Shown here piece by piece: positions 40,971-50,917 of a stretch of DNA of 64,000 bases. Below the pieces are notes generated by a model. That model was not told where the DNA came from, ran no database searches, and saw nothing but the letters and a program-made list of their open reading frames with translations. This DNA is from Spirochaetota bacterium (GTDB lineage: Bacteria > Spirochaetota > UBA4802 > UBA5550), in assembly GCA_963664815.2 (NCBI GenBank), contig CAXXHB010000003.1:576001-640000 (forward strand), read 5' to 3'. The translations under genes and the position numbers were made by a program. Position 1 is the stretch's first letter, and each line of letters starts with the position of its first letter.

Positions 40971-42947
40971 ATGCCGGTTACAACAGATGAACTTAAACTC
41001 ATAGCACGGACTGTGAGAACACTTTCGATGGATATAGTACAGAAGGCTAACTCCGGCCATCCGGGGATGCCGCTTGGGTGTGCGGATATTGCTTCAGTGC
41101 TATGGACGCAGATTATGAATTATAACAGCAGAGATACTTCCTGGGTAAACAGGGACAGGTTTATATTATCCGCAGGTCATGGCTCTGCTCTTCTTTATTC
41201 GATGCTTCATCTTTCAGGTTATAATCTTTCACTGAATGATCTTAAAAATTTCAGGCAGATGGGGAGTTTAACTCCAGGGCATCCTGAATTCAGGCATACG
41301 CCCGGAGTTGAGACTACGACAGGGCCGCTGGGACAGGGTTTCGCAAATGGCGTAGGCATGGCTATAGCGGAAAAGCTTCTCGTGGAGGAGTTCGGGGATA
41401 TTATTGATCATTACATATATTCAATCGCCGGAGACGGATGTATGATGGAGGGGGTATCTTCCGAAGCAGCATCACTTGCCGGTCATCTAAAACTGGGAAA
41501 TATTATATATATTTATGATTCCAACAGGATTACAATTGAGGGTTCAACTGATCTGGCCTTTACAGAGAATGTAAAGGCCAGATTTGAGTCGTACGACTGG
41601 CATGTTCAGGAAATTGACGGTCACAACTTCAATGAAATTGAAGCATCAATACTTGAAGCTCAGAAGGTCAGGGATAAGCCATCGTTAATTATAGCAAGAA
41701 CAGTAATTGCAAAAGGCAGTGCATGTATGGAGGGAAGCGAGGAATCTCACGGTTCTCCTCTTGGAGAAAAGGAGATTAAAGAGTCCAAGGAAAAACTGGG
41801 ATGTAATGGCGAAAAAAGTTTTGATGTACCGGAAGAGGTCTATGAAATTTTCCGAAGAGTTGGAAGTGAAAAAAAGAAAACATACGACTCCTGGTTGTTG
41901 AAATTTAATTCTGTAATTAATGGTGAGTTGAAAGAAAAGTGGAACAGATATTTTTATAAACCTGATATCGAAAAACTGAGAGGAACATTACCTGTATTTG
42001 AAGCAGGATTAAAAATTGCAACAAGATCAGCCAGCGGAAAAGTGCTTGAAGCTTTATACAAAGAGCTGCCGAATTTTATCGGAGGTTCCGCTGATCTTGC
42101 ACCGAGTAATAAAACTATGGTGAAAAATGTCAGCGAAAGTGGAAAGGGCAGAGTAGGAAGAATACTTCATTATGGAGTGAGAGAAAATGCCATGGGTTCC
42201 ATTCAGAACGGGATAGCCTATTATGGCGGTTTTATAAATTTTTCCGCAACATTTTTTGTTTTCATGGATTACATGCGTCCGGCAGTGAGGCTTGCAGCGC
42301 TGTCAGGGCTTCAATCTATTTATGTATTTACTCATGACTCCATATTTGTGGGAGAGGATGGGCCTACACATCAGCCTGTTGAACAGCTGGCATCATCTCG
42401 GGCAATTCCAAATCTTAACGTTATAAGACCGTGCGATGCGGATGAAACAGTCGAGGCATGGATCGCTGCGATATCAAGAGAGGATGGTCCTACCATGATT
42501 GTTCTTTCCCGGCAGAACCTTCCGGTAATTGACAGAACAGGCAGGTCAACGGCAAAGGATCTTGCAAAGGGTGGGTATATTGTTCATGATTATGATTCTC
42601 AGGATCTTGTTATTATCGCAACTGGTTCCGAAGTACATACATCCATAGAGGCCGCTAAAAAACTTTTCAGTGAAAAAGGTATATGTGCCAGAGTGGTGTC
42701 TCTTCCCTGCCATGAACTTTTTGACCGTCAGAGTGAAGTCTACAGAAATGAGATACTCGGCAGCTGCAGCAGAAGAGTTGTTGTTGAGGCAGGTATTAGA
42801 ATGGGATGGGAGAAGTATGCCGGTGAAAACGCTTTCTTTATCACAATTAATGAGTTTGGAAGATCAGCACCGGAATCAGACCTTGCCGATTATTTCGGAT
42901 TTACGTCTGACAGGGTATATGAAAAAATAGTAAAATATATGAGCTGA
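40971..42947 (+). CDS. tkt: transketolase
   Basis: SGHPGMPLG, DRFILSAGH, GDGCMMEG, THDSIFVGEDGPTHQP. Confidence 0.97.
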   Translation: MPVTTDELKLIARTVRTLSMDIVQKANSGHPGMPLGCADIASVLWTQIMNYNSRDTSWVNRDRFILSAGHGSALLYSMLHLSGYNLSLNDLKNFRQMGSLTPGHPEFRHTPGVETTTGPLGQGFANGVGMAIAEKLLVEEFGDIIDHYIYSIAGDGCMMEGVSSEAASLAGHLKLGNIIYIYDSNRITIEGSTDLAFTENVKARFESYDWHVQEIDGHNFNEIEASILEAQKVRDKPSLIIARTVIAKGSACMEGSEESHGSPLGEKEIKESKEKLGCNGEKSFDVPEEVYEIFRRVGSEKKKTYDSWLLKFNSVINGELKEKWNRYFYKPDIEKLRGTLPVFEAGLKIATRSASGKVLEALYKELPNFIGGSADLAPSNKTMVKNVSESGKGRVGRILHYGVRENAMGSIQNGIAYYGGFINFSATFFVFMDYMRPAVRLAALSGLQSIYVFTHDSIFVGEDGPTHQPVEQLASSRAIPNLNVIRPCDADETVEAWIAAISREDGPTMIVLSRQNLPVIDRTGRSTAKDLAKGGYIVHDYDSQDLVIIATGSEVHTSIEAAKKLFSEKGICARVVSLPCHELFDRQSEVYRNEILGSCSRRVVVEAGIRMGWEKYAGENAFFITINEFGRSAPESDLADYFGFTSDRVYEKIVKYMS

Positions 42948-43550
42948 TTTATTACTGAAACAAAGCGAAAAATCCGACAAATTTATTAACAGTTTTATCG
43001 TGATGGGGTTGATTTAAAAAACAGCTTCATTCTTTGTTATTTCCCAAAACTTCTTTTATACCTGATCTTTTGAAGCAGTTTCATCCTTGTAGTATAATTA
43101 CCTGAAGAGCATGCGGATTAATTTTTATTTTATTAAGATAGTTTTAAAGGTTCTACACCTTGAAAAAGTATCCGGCGGTATTCGTCTGCTAATTAAAATT
43201 GTTGTACAGGATAAAAATTTTATCCTGTTATTTCTTTGTTTTTAAAATTTCATGTAATCAGTTATACATAGAGAGGGTAGGTTTTAAATGTATATCAGAG
43301 ATGTAAATTATATATTAATTTTGTTAAAACAGCTCTTAAGAGGGCCATAATGCCGGGATTCTGTAAATTCTTTCGATTCTTTGAAATATATTCTGGATCT
43401 TTTTTTAAATCTGGTAATGAATAAATATTGAATAAATAATTTTTTTTCATTATACTGTTTATATTTAATGCTTTGTTCTTATTTGTATTTTTATTGTAAT
43501 ATATACAGTTGAGTGGAGTTATTTTTGGTTATTATAACAGGAGAGTACTT

Positions 43551-45665
43551 ATGGGGGATATGAGTCTTACCGATGTTTTTTTAAACGAGTCAAAAGAGAT
43601 TATAGGAAATCTGGAAACAGATATAGTAACTCTTGAAGAGAACAGAGATGATCAGGATATTATTAATAGAATATTCAGATATTTTCATACACTTAAAGGG
43701 AGTTCCGGAATTGCAGGATTCACAACTATTTATGAATTCACTCATAACCTTGAAAGCCTTTTTGATAAAGTGCGATCAGGAGAAATAAGAGTAAGCAGCG
43801 ACATTATTGACATTCTTCTTGAAAGTATAGACTGGATTAAAAACGAGCTTTTCAATGATGGAAGTATTGAAGATCCCGGTAAAATCCAGGCGGATCTAAC
43901 TGCAAGAATAAATGACTGTATGGGGTTTGAAATTAGAAAGCAGCCAGATGGAGAAGATTTTCTTCGCAATGTTGGAGCATATTCAGGCGTGGGTACCACG
44001 GAAAGATATTTTAAAATCAATGCAAACTTCAGAGAAGATATATTCAGTAAGGGGATTGATCCCGTGATGGTGATGGAAGATCTCGGCAACCTTGGTGAAA
44101 TTGTTAATGCTGTAGTCGACAGAAAAAGAATACCGGATTTTTATAAAATTGATCCGGAAAAATGTTATCAGTCATGGGAAGTGCTTCTAAAAACTAATTA
44201 TGATGAAATGAAGGTCAGGGATGTCTTTTTATTTGTAATGGATGATAACAGGATTGATATTGAAAATGTAACAGATAGTTATGTTGAAGTTAAAGATGCC
44301 AAGTTTCTAACAGAGAAGAAGCTTGGTGAAATTCTTATTGAGAAGGGCGTTATAGACAATACTGACCTTGAAGAAATAGTGGAACTTCAAAGTACTCAGA
44401 ATTCGAAGCTTGGAGATATAATTGTTCAGAAGGGACTTGCTTCAACCAGGCAGGTAGATGAGGCTCTTCAGGAACAGGATAAGATAAAAAAGAAGCTTGA
44501 AATAAGCACTGTACGAGTAGATTCCGCCAAGCTTGATAACCTTATGAATCTGCTCGGAGAGATAGTGATAGGGCAGGCCTCACTCCACCGGGTTGCCGAG
44601 GATATGGATGAGGAAAAATCATTTCAGCTTAAGAACTCTCTTTATGGGCTTGACAGAGTGACAAGGGAATTTCAGGAGCAGATTATGTCAATCAGGATGG
44701 TGCCGATAGGTCCGACCTTTGATCAGTTTAAACGGTTTGTCCGCGATACAGCCCATTCGCTGAACAAAGAAATAAAGCTGAAGGTTGAAGGGGGTGATAC
44801 CGAGCTTGATAAAACAGTTATCGAAAAAATCGGAGATCCTCTTAAACACATGATCAGAAATGCAATTGGTCACGGAATTGAGGTGGAAACAGAAAGAGAA
44901 AAAAAAGGAAAACCATCAGCAGGCACTGTAACTTTAAAGGCATATCATCAGGAAGGAAATGTTTTTATTGATATAATAGATGATGGCAGAGGTATAGATC
45001 TTGTAAAAGTTAAACGTAAAGGGGTTTCTCTTGGACTAATCACAGAGGAGGAAACATCCAAAGAGAAGATCATGTCATTAATATTTAATCCCGGTTTTTC
45101 AACTTCAGAGCAGGTCGGAGATCTCTCCGGGCGCGGAGTTGGAATGGATGTTGTCAAGACAAACGTGGAAGAATTGAGAGGATCCCTTGAGGTGAAGAGT
45201 AAAGAGGGTGAGGGTACTCTTATCAGAATTAAACTTCCTCTTACTCTGGCTATTATTGAGGGTATGCTTACCAAAATAGGTAATTCAATCCTGATAATAC
45301 CGCTGCTTTCAGTAATCGAGACTATCCAGGTCAAAAAAGAGGATTACCGCACAGTGGAAGGAAAAGGGGAGGTTATCCTTGTAAGAGGAGAATATATCTC
45401 CCTGATAAGGCTCAATGTGCTCTTTGGAATTGAAACAGCTATTACAAATCCATGGGAGGCTCTTATTGTTATAGTCGAATCAAATGGTCAAAGGATAGGG
45501 ATAATGATAGATGACCTTATTGGTCAGCAGCAGATAGTAATAAAAAGTCTGGATAATTTTATCACAACCAGCAGATCAATATCTGGCGCGACTATCCTTG
45601 GCGATGGAAGAGTGGCGCTGATAATTGATATACACGGACTTATGGGAGAGATTAAAAATATATAA
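43551..45665 (+). CDS. cheA: chemotaxis histidine kinase CheA
   Basis: Hpt FHTLKG, P2-like region, HMIRNA, DDGRG, GRGVGMDVV, CheW domain; AGGAG RBS before ATG 43551. Confidence 0.95.
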   Translation: MGDMSLTDVFLNESKEIIGNLETDIVTLEENRDDQDIINRIFRYFHTLKGSSGIAGFTTIYEFTHNLESLFDKVRSGEIRVSSDIIDILLESIDWIKNELFNDGSIEDPGKIQADLTARINDCMGFEIRKQPDGEDFLRNVGAYSGVGTTERYFKINANFREDIFSKGIDPVMVMEDLGNLGEIVNAVVDRKRIPDFYKIDPEKCYQSWEVLLKTNYDEMKVRDVFLFVMDDNRIDIENVTDSYVEVKDAKFLTEKKLGEILIEKGVIDNTDLEEIVELQSTQNSKLGDIIVQKGLASTRQVDEALQEQDKIKKKLEISTVRVDSAKLDNLMNLLGEIVIGQASLHRVAEDMDEEKSFQLKNSLYGLDRVTREFQEQIMSIRMVPIGPTFDQFKRFVRDTAHSLNKEIKLKVEGGDTELDKTVIEKIGDPLKHMIRNAIGHGIEVETEREKKGKPSAGTVTLKAYHQEGNVFIDIIDDGRGIDLVKVKRKGVSLGLITEEETSKEKIMSLIFNPGFSTSEQVGDLSGRGVGMDVVKTNVEELRGSLEVKSKEGEGTLIRIKLPLTLAIIEGMLTKIGNSILIIPLLSVIETIQVKKEDYRTVEGKGEVILVRGEYISLIRLNVLFGIETAITNPWEALIVIVESNGQRIGIMIDDLIGQQQIVIKSLDNFITTSRSISGATILGDGRVALIIDIHGLMGEIKNI

Positions 45666-45679
45666 AAAGGAATGCTAAT

Positions 45680-45928
45680 ATGAAAGTAGATAAAGACGCC
45701 AATGTGAAAAGTATAAACAGCTTCTATTTCTCATTAAGAGAAGAGGTGGAAAATAATACTCATATTGTACTTGATTTCTCAGAATCCGATAGAATAGATT
45801 CTTCTGTTGCTCAGGTTATATTAGCAGCTGAGGAAAAGGTGAGGGAGCTGAATAAAACGATCCGTTTTGTCGGTGTATCACCGGAATTAAAAAAATTATT
45901 AGAATTAGCCGGTATAAAACTACAGTAA
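45680..45928 (+). CDS. STAS-domain protein
   Basis: VLDFSESDRIDSS..Q, LLELAG. Confidence 0.82.
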   Translation: MKVDKDANVKSINSFYFSLREEVENNTHIVLDFSESDRIDSSVAQVILAAEEKVRELNKTIRFVGVSPELKKLLELAGIKLQ

Positions 45929-45952
45929 TTATTACAGGGGGGATGCTTAAAA

Positions 45953-46327
45953 ATGAGTAAAGTTATAATGGTTATTGATGATTCGCCAACAATAAGAGTC
46001 AGCGTTGAACTTGCTTTAAAACCGCTTGGTTTGACGATTAAGCAGGCTGAAAACGGCAGGGACGCGCTAGATAAAATCAGTGAAATTAAAAACAGTGGAG
46101 ACGAAGTTGTTCTGTGTTTGAGTGATATTAATATGCCTGTACTCAACGGCATAGAGTTTATTACGGAATTCAGAAAGGTGGATAAATTTACTCCTGTTGT
46201 AGTATTGACCACCGAGGCTGAGAAGGATATAATTCAGAAAGGTAAGGAAGCTGGTGCATCAGGATGGATTATAAAACCTTTTCAGGCGGAAGATTTAATT
46301 AATGTTGTAAAAAGGTTTGTGAAATAA
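45953..46327 (+). CDS. cheY: CheY response regulator
   Basis: IDDS, SDINMP, LTTE, GASGWIIKPF. Confidence 0.9.
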   Translation: MSKVIMVIDDSPTIRVSVELALKPLGLTIKQAENGRDALDKISEIKNSGDEVVLCLSDINMPVLNGIEFITEFRKVDKFTPVVVLTTEAEKDIIQKGKEAGASGWIIKPFQAEDLINVVKRFVK

Positions 46328-46329
46328 TT

Positions 46330-46818
46330 ATGTATGAAAATAATGTTAATAGTATTTCAGAGATGAGCAGAAGCGAAGAGGAGAAACAGTATGTCACTTT
46401 CCTTGTCGGAGATGAAACATATGGAGTTTCAGTTATAAAAGTCCAGTCAATCAATGAGATGGTTGAAATTACACACGTTCCAAAAGCTTTATCATTTATA
46501 AAAGGTGTGATTAACCTCCGTGGAGCGGTGGTTCCTGTAATAGATATGAGAAAAAAGTTTAATCTTCCTTCCAAGGAATATGATTCTTTCACCGTAATAC
46601 TGATTGTTGAGGTCAAAGGAAGACTTATTGGAATGATAGCGGATGCGGTTTCAGATGTTGTCAGCTTCCCGGTTTCCGCTATAAAAACCAATATTAATTT
46701 TTCTGCAAAAGTGGATACCGATTCCATTGAAGGAGTCGGTATGGCAGGGGATTCTCTTATCATACTCCTTGATGTAGATACGTTCCTGAATATTGAGAAT
46801 TTCAAGGAAACATGCTGA
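46330..46818 (+). CDS. cheW: CheW
   Basis: GVINLRGAVVPVIDMR, DAVSDV. Confidence 0.93.
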   Translation: MYENNVNSISEMSRSEEEKQYVTFLVGDETYGVSVIKVQSINEMVEITHVPKALSFIKGVINLRGAVVPVIDMRKKFNLPSKEYDSFTVILIVEVKGRLIGMIADAVSDVVSFPVSAIKTNINFSAKVDTDSIEGVGMAGDSLIILLDVDTFLNIENFKETC

Positions 46819-47402
46819 GGAGCCAGAATAATAGAACCGGTAAAGTTTTATATTTAATCTATCCCGGTGACCATTACGCATCTAACGATGATTGCTATAT
46901 CGGAACAGTTGCGGGTTCGTGTCTTGCGGTATGCCTTTTCGATTACCTGATAAAAGCGGGGGGGATGATCAACTTTGTTGTTCCCGGGGCAGCTGTAACG
47001 GAGGGAATACTGTATGATGATATTTTCAGAATCGGAATACTAAATATGGAATATCTTATGGCAGATATGATAAAACTTGGGTGTGACAGGCATCACATGA
47101 AAGCTAAAATATTCGGTGCAGGCTATACCGATAATACTAATTCGGGGAAAATAACCTCTTCTGAAAATAATATTAAATTTGTAAAAGAATACTTTGCACT
47201 TGAGAAAATTGCAATTGAGAAAATGGATATTGGCGGAAACCTCAGGAGAAAGCTTTATTTTTCGCCAAAGGATGGAACAGTTTACAGGAAGATACTTCAA
47301 AATAACGAGGAATTCTCTGAATTTATTACGCTGGAAAAAGAATATGTAGAAGATGAATTCAGGAACAGAAATAAAGTAGGTAAAATAGTACTTTTTGATT
47401 AG
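46812..47402 (+). CDS. CheD-like protein lacking the catalytic His
   Basis: GSCLAVCLFD..GGMINF (canonical GGMNHF), AKIFGAG. Confidence 0.78.
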   Translation: MLRSQNNRTGKVLYLIYPGDHYASNDDCYIGTVAGSCLAVCLFDYLIKAGGMINFVVPGAAVTEGILYDDIFRIGILNMEYLMADMIKLGCDRHHMKAKIFGAGYTDNTNSGKITSSENNIKFVKEYFALEKIAIEKMDIGGNLRRKLYFSPKDGTVYRKILQNNEEFSEFITLEKEYVEDEFRNRNKVGKIVLFD

Positions 47403-47410
47403 GATGGGCC

Positions 47411-48238
47411 ATGATAAATAATTACAATCTCAGCGATAGCGATTTTAACAAACTCAGGGACATGATCTATAATGAGGCAGGGATTAAACTTGCCGATGTA
47501 AAAAAAATCCTCATGCAGTCCCGATTAATAAAAAGACTGAGAGAGCTGAGGCTTGAGAGTTTTTCAGAGTACTATGATTATCTTGTGGAGAATTATGAAG
47601 ATGAAAAAATAAATTTCATAAACGCAATAACTACTAACAAAACTGATTTTTTCAGAGAGAATGACCATTTTGAGTATATGAAGAAACATATACTCCCGGA
47701 GTTTGAAAAAAAAAGAGAAAAAGAACTGAGAATATGGAGTGCAGGCTGTTCAACAGGTGAGGAACCGTATACAATTGCAATTACATTATTTGATTATTTT
47801 AATGGCAAAATTGCTCCTGATTTTTTATTGCTGGCTACAGACATAGATACCCAGGTTCTGGACAAGGCAAGAGAGGGAAATTATCCTGTCGAACATCTTT
47901 CTGAAGTTGATCCGAGATATTTAAAAACCTATTTTACATACCATCAGACTGAAAGAGGGGGAGTTTACAGTGTAAAAGATCAGCTGAAAGATGTGGTTTA
48001 TTTCAGAAGACTTAATCTTCTCCAGGATGAATATCCAATGAAGAAAAAGTTTGATATTATTTTCTGCCGTAATGTTATAATATATTTTGACAGGGAAACA
48101 CAGAAAAAATTATTCGAAAAATATTACAGTTATCTTAAGGATGATGGTTATTTGCTGATTGGCCATTCGGAAAACATAACAAGTATAACAGATAAATTTA
48201 CATTAGCCGGAAGAACAATATATAGAAAGGTGGTTTGA
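47411..48238 (+). CDS. cheR: chemotaxis methyltransferase CheR
   Basis: TTNKTDFFRE, WSAGCSTGEEPY, IFCRNVIIYF, GHSE. Confidence 0.95.
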   Translation: MINNYNLSDSDFNKLRDMIYNEAGIKLADVKKILMQSRLIKRLRELRLESFSEYYDYLVENYEDEKINFINAITTNKTDFFRENDHFEYMKKHILPEFEKKREKELRIWSAGCSTGEEPYTIAITLFDYFNGKIAPDFLLLATDIDTQVLDKAREGNYPVEHLSEVDPRYLKTYFTYHQTERGGVYSVKDQLKDVVYFRRLNLLQDEYPMKKKFDIIFCRNVIIYFDRETQKKLFEKYYSYLKDDGYLLIGHSENITSITDKFTLAGRTIYRKVV

Positions 48239-48244
48239 TATAAG

Positions 48245-48817
48245 GTGCATGTCAATCTAAAACATAAACTCGGGAAAAAACTTAATATAATTTATCCCGG
48301 TGAGTATTATATTTCTGACGAGGATGAATTCATAGGAACACTTCTTGGTTCCTGTGTTTCAGTTTGTCTTCATGATCCTGAGAATAAAATCGGTGGCATG
48401 AATCATTTCATGCTTCCGGGCAGAATAAGCAAAAATGACGTTTTCAGTGATGAAAATGCGAGATACGGGATAGCGGCAATAAATACAATTGTTTCTGAAA
48501 TTTTAAGTAAAGGGGCATCCAGAAAAAACCTCACCGCAAAAATTTTTGGCGGCGGTAATATTCTGAAGCTGGTAAATACAAAAGGTAAATCGAGTATGAT
48601 CCCAACTGATAATATCAGGGTAGCGAAACTTTTTATGGAAATAGAGGATATACCAATTACTGCAATTGATGTTGGAGAGGATTATACAAGAAAAATCATA
48701 TTTTCTATTGAGTCTGGAAGAGTGTATTTAAGGAAAATAAAAGGGAAAGAAGTTAATAATATTGTTTCTGTAAGAGAGGAAAATTTATTCTCTTATAAAA
48801 ATGGAATTGAAATGTAA
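48245..48817 (+). CDS. cheD: chemoreceptor glutamine deamidase CheD
   Basis: TLLGSCVSVCLHD..GGMNHFMLP, RYG, AKIFGGG; GTG start. Confidence 0.9.
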   Translation: MHVNLKHKLGKKLNIIYPGEYYISDEDEFIGTLLGSCVSVCLHDPENKIGGMNHFMLPGRISKNDVFSDENARYGIAAINTIVSEILSKGASRKNLTAKIFGGGNILKLVNTKGKSSMIPTDNIRVAKLFMEIEDIPITAIDVGEDYTRKIIFSIESGRVYLRKIKGKEVNNIVSVREENLFSYKNGIEM

Positions 48818-48996
48818 TTATAGACATCATTTTTAATGTTTCAGGATGTTTGTAAAATAATTCAGTGGTCAGAATATCTGGTCAGCGAGTATGTATTTTC
48901 ATTATGTATGATAGCATTGATGTACTGTTTCAGTATCAGGTGTGACAGCATAACAATGTCAGTATTATAATATAAAAAACTAGAGAAGAAAACTTT

Positions 48997-50073
48997 ATGG
49001 AACAGGGCAAAGTAAAAGTATTGATAATCGATGATTCCGCATTAATGAGGAAATTTCTCACCGATATTTTATCGAGCTCATATCATGTTGAGGTGCTTGC
49101 AACAGCTATTGATGCCAGTATAGCTGCAAAAAAAATAAACACTCTGAATCCTGATGTCATTACGTTAGATATAGAAATGCCGGGAATGGACGGTCTTACC
49201 TTTTTACAGAAACTTATGATTGCCAACCCGGTTCCTGCAATCATGGTGAGTTCACTTACCACAAAGGGTACAACTGCGGCGATAAAGGCTCTCGAGATTG
49301 GTGCGTTTGATGTTATAGGTAAACCTCAGTTTGATGATAATAACAGTGTTGCTGAATTCGGCAGGGATCTTATAGAAAAAGTCATTGCAGCGGGTAATTC
49401 CAAGAAAAATATAAAAAAACGCCCACCTGTAAAACTTGATGTTGAGCAGAAATATTCTGCAGATGTTATACTGTCAAAATCTGAAATTGTAAACAGGAAC
49501 AGGTCAACAGAAAAAGTTATAGCGATCGGCGCTTCAACGGGTGGAACGGAAGTTATAGACCAGATACTCGTAAGCCTCCCAACCGGATGTCCAGGAATTG
49601 TTATTACCCAGCATATGCCGGAAAAATTTACGGAAGCATTTGCCAACAGGGTTAACGGGAAATCTCAGCTTCTGGTAAAAGAAGCAAAACACGGTGACAG
49701 GCTGCTTACAGATATCGCTCTGATAGCACCCGGTGGAAAACATATGCTTCTTAAATCTGATTATAACGGCTACTGGGTTGAAATAAATGATGGACCGCCT
49801 GTTAACAGGCACAGACCTTCTGTTGATGTACTGTTCAGATCTGTCAGTAAATATGCGGCTGATTCAGCAGTGGGAATTATCTGTACCGGTATGGGAAACG
49901 ACGGCGCGACTGGATTACTTGAAATGAAGGATGCAGGGGCTTATACAATTGCACAGAATGAGGAGTCCTGTGTGGTATTTGGAATGCCTAAAGAGGCTAT
50001 AAAGCTTGATGCGGCGAAAATGATTACTGATATAGAGGGGATTATAAATTATATCAAAAAGATGTGCCGTTAA
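48997..50073 (+). CDS. cheB: chemotaxis methylesterase CheB
   Basis: REC domain plus GASTGG, QHMP, HRPSVD, TGMGNDG. Confidence 0.96.
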   Translation: MEQGKVKVLIIDDSALMRKFLTDILSSSYHVEVLATAIDASIAAKKINTLNPDVITLDIEMPGMDGLTFLQKLMIANPVPAIMVSSLTTKGTTAAIKALEIGAFDVIGKPQFDDNNSVAEFGRDLIEKVIAAGNSKKNIKKRPPVKLDVEQKYSADVILSKSEIVNRNRSTEKVIAIGASTGGTEVIDQILVSLPTGCPGIVITQHMPEKFTEAFANRVNGKSQLLVKEAKHGDRLLTDIALIAPGGKHMLLKSDYNGYWVEINDGPPVNRHRPSVDVLFRSVSKYAADSAVGIICTGMGNDGATGLLEMKDAGAYTIAQNEESCVVFGMPKEAIKLDAAKMITDIEGIINYIKKMCR

Positions 50074-50161
50074 AACCATGGCATGCTCAGGAAGGCTCTT
50101 CCTCGACAAGTTATAAACCCATCTTCATCAGTTAATTTCTGGAGAGTCAGTATTTTAAAGC

Positions 50162-50686
50162 TTATTCAGGATATTTGTAAGCATAAATTGTATCATTGGC
50201 AGCAATTGTATAAGTTCCAAAGGTAATAGGAGAATTAAATTTTATTAAATAGCGGGTAACTGAATTACCGTCAAGTTCAGACGTTATTGTTACATTAAGA
50301 TTTCCTGAAGCTGTCGTGTAGGTTGTACCGGCAACTATTGCTTTTATACTATAACTCGCAGTATTTATTGATGCAATGGAATCCGCGTTCCAGTATATTT
50401 TCAGTGAAAATTTTGATGTATTTAAAAGATAATTATCAACAGCAAACCCTGTATAGTTTACGTCATTCAATTCCCCGGTAAATATAATTGCGCCACAGGA
50501 TTTGCTTGAAGAACAATCCGGCAGATTAGTATCCGCAAATGTATAGCTTTTTAAAGCCTGAGTCTTTGCAGTAGTCAGCCCCGGGTCTACGTATCCTGTT
50601 GTAGTATCACTACCTGATGAATCGCTGCATGAAATTATGATTCCTGCTGCCAGGATTATTAATAGTAATAAATAAATTCTTTTCAT
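50162..50686 (-). CDS. hypothetical lipoprotein
   Basis: MKRIYLLLLIILAAGIIISC signal/lipobox; Thr/Ser-rich beta body. Confidence 0.72.
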   Translation of the reverse strand: MKRIYLLLLIILAAGIIISCSDSSGSDTTTGYVDPGLTTAKTQALKSYTFADTNLPDCSSSKSCGAIIFTGELNDVNYTGFAVDNYLLNTSKFSLKIYWNADSIASINTASYSIKAIVAGTTYTTASGNLNVTITSELDGNSVTRYLIKFNSPITFGTYTIAANDTIYAYKYPE

Positions 50687-50917
50687 ATCAGCCCCGGATA
50701 AAATTTGTATGAAAGCTATGATCATTAACTAAAAAGAATAATATGTGTAAAGAAAATAATTCTTTTAAAACACGGTTTTCTGAGTTTGATAGAATATCAA
50801 AATGATACTTTTAAAAAAAAGATCTATTGTATGTCGTAAAAAAGCAAGGTAAACTGATAAATTACATTTTGCGGGGAAAAGTTTTAAATAAAAATTATTC
50901 ATATTTTAAATAATTTT

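Noticed and set aside
42948-43550. Long intergenic region upstream of cheA as a possible c-di-GMP riboswitch or sRNA
   Set aside because: No recognisable GEMM or other riboswitch consensus by eye; mostly AT-rich promoter-like DNA. An Infernal/Rfam scan would be needed
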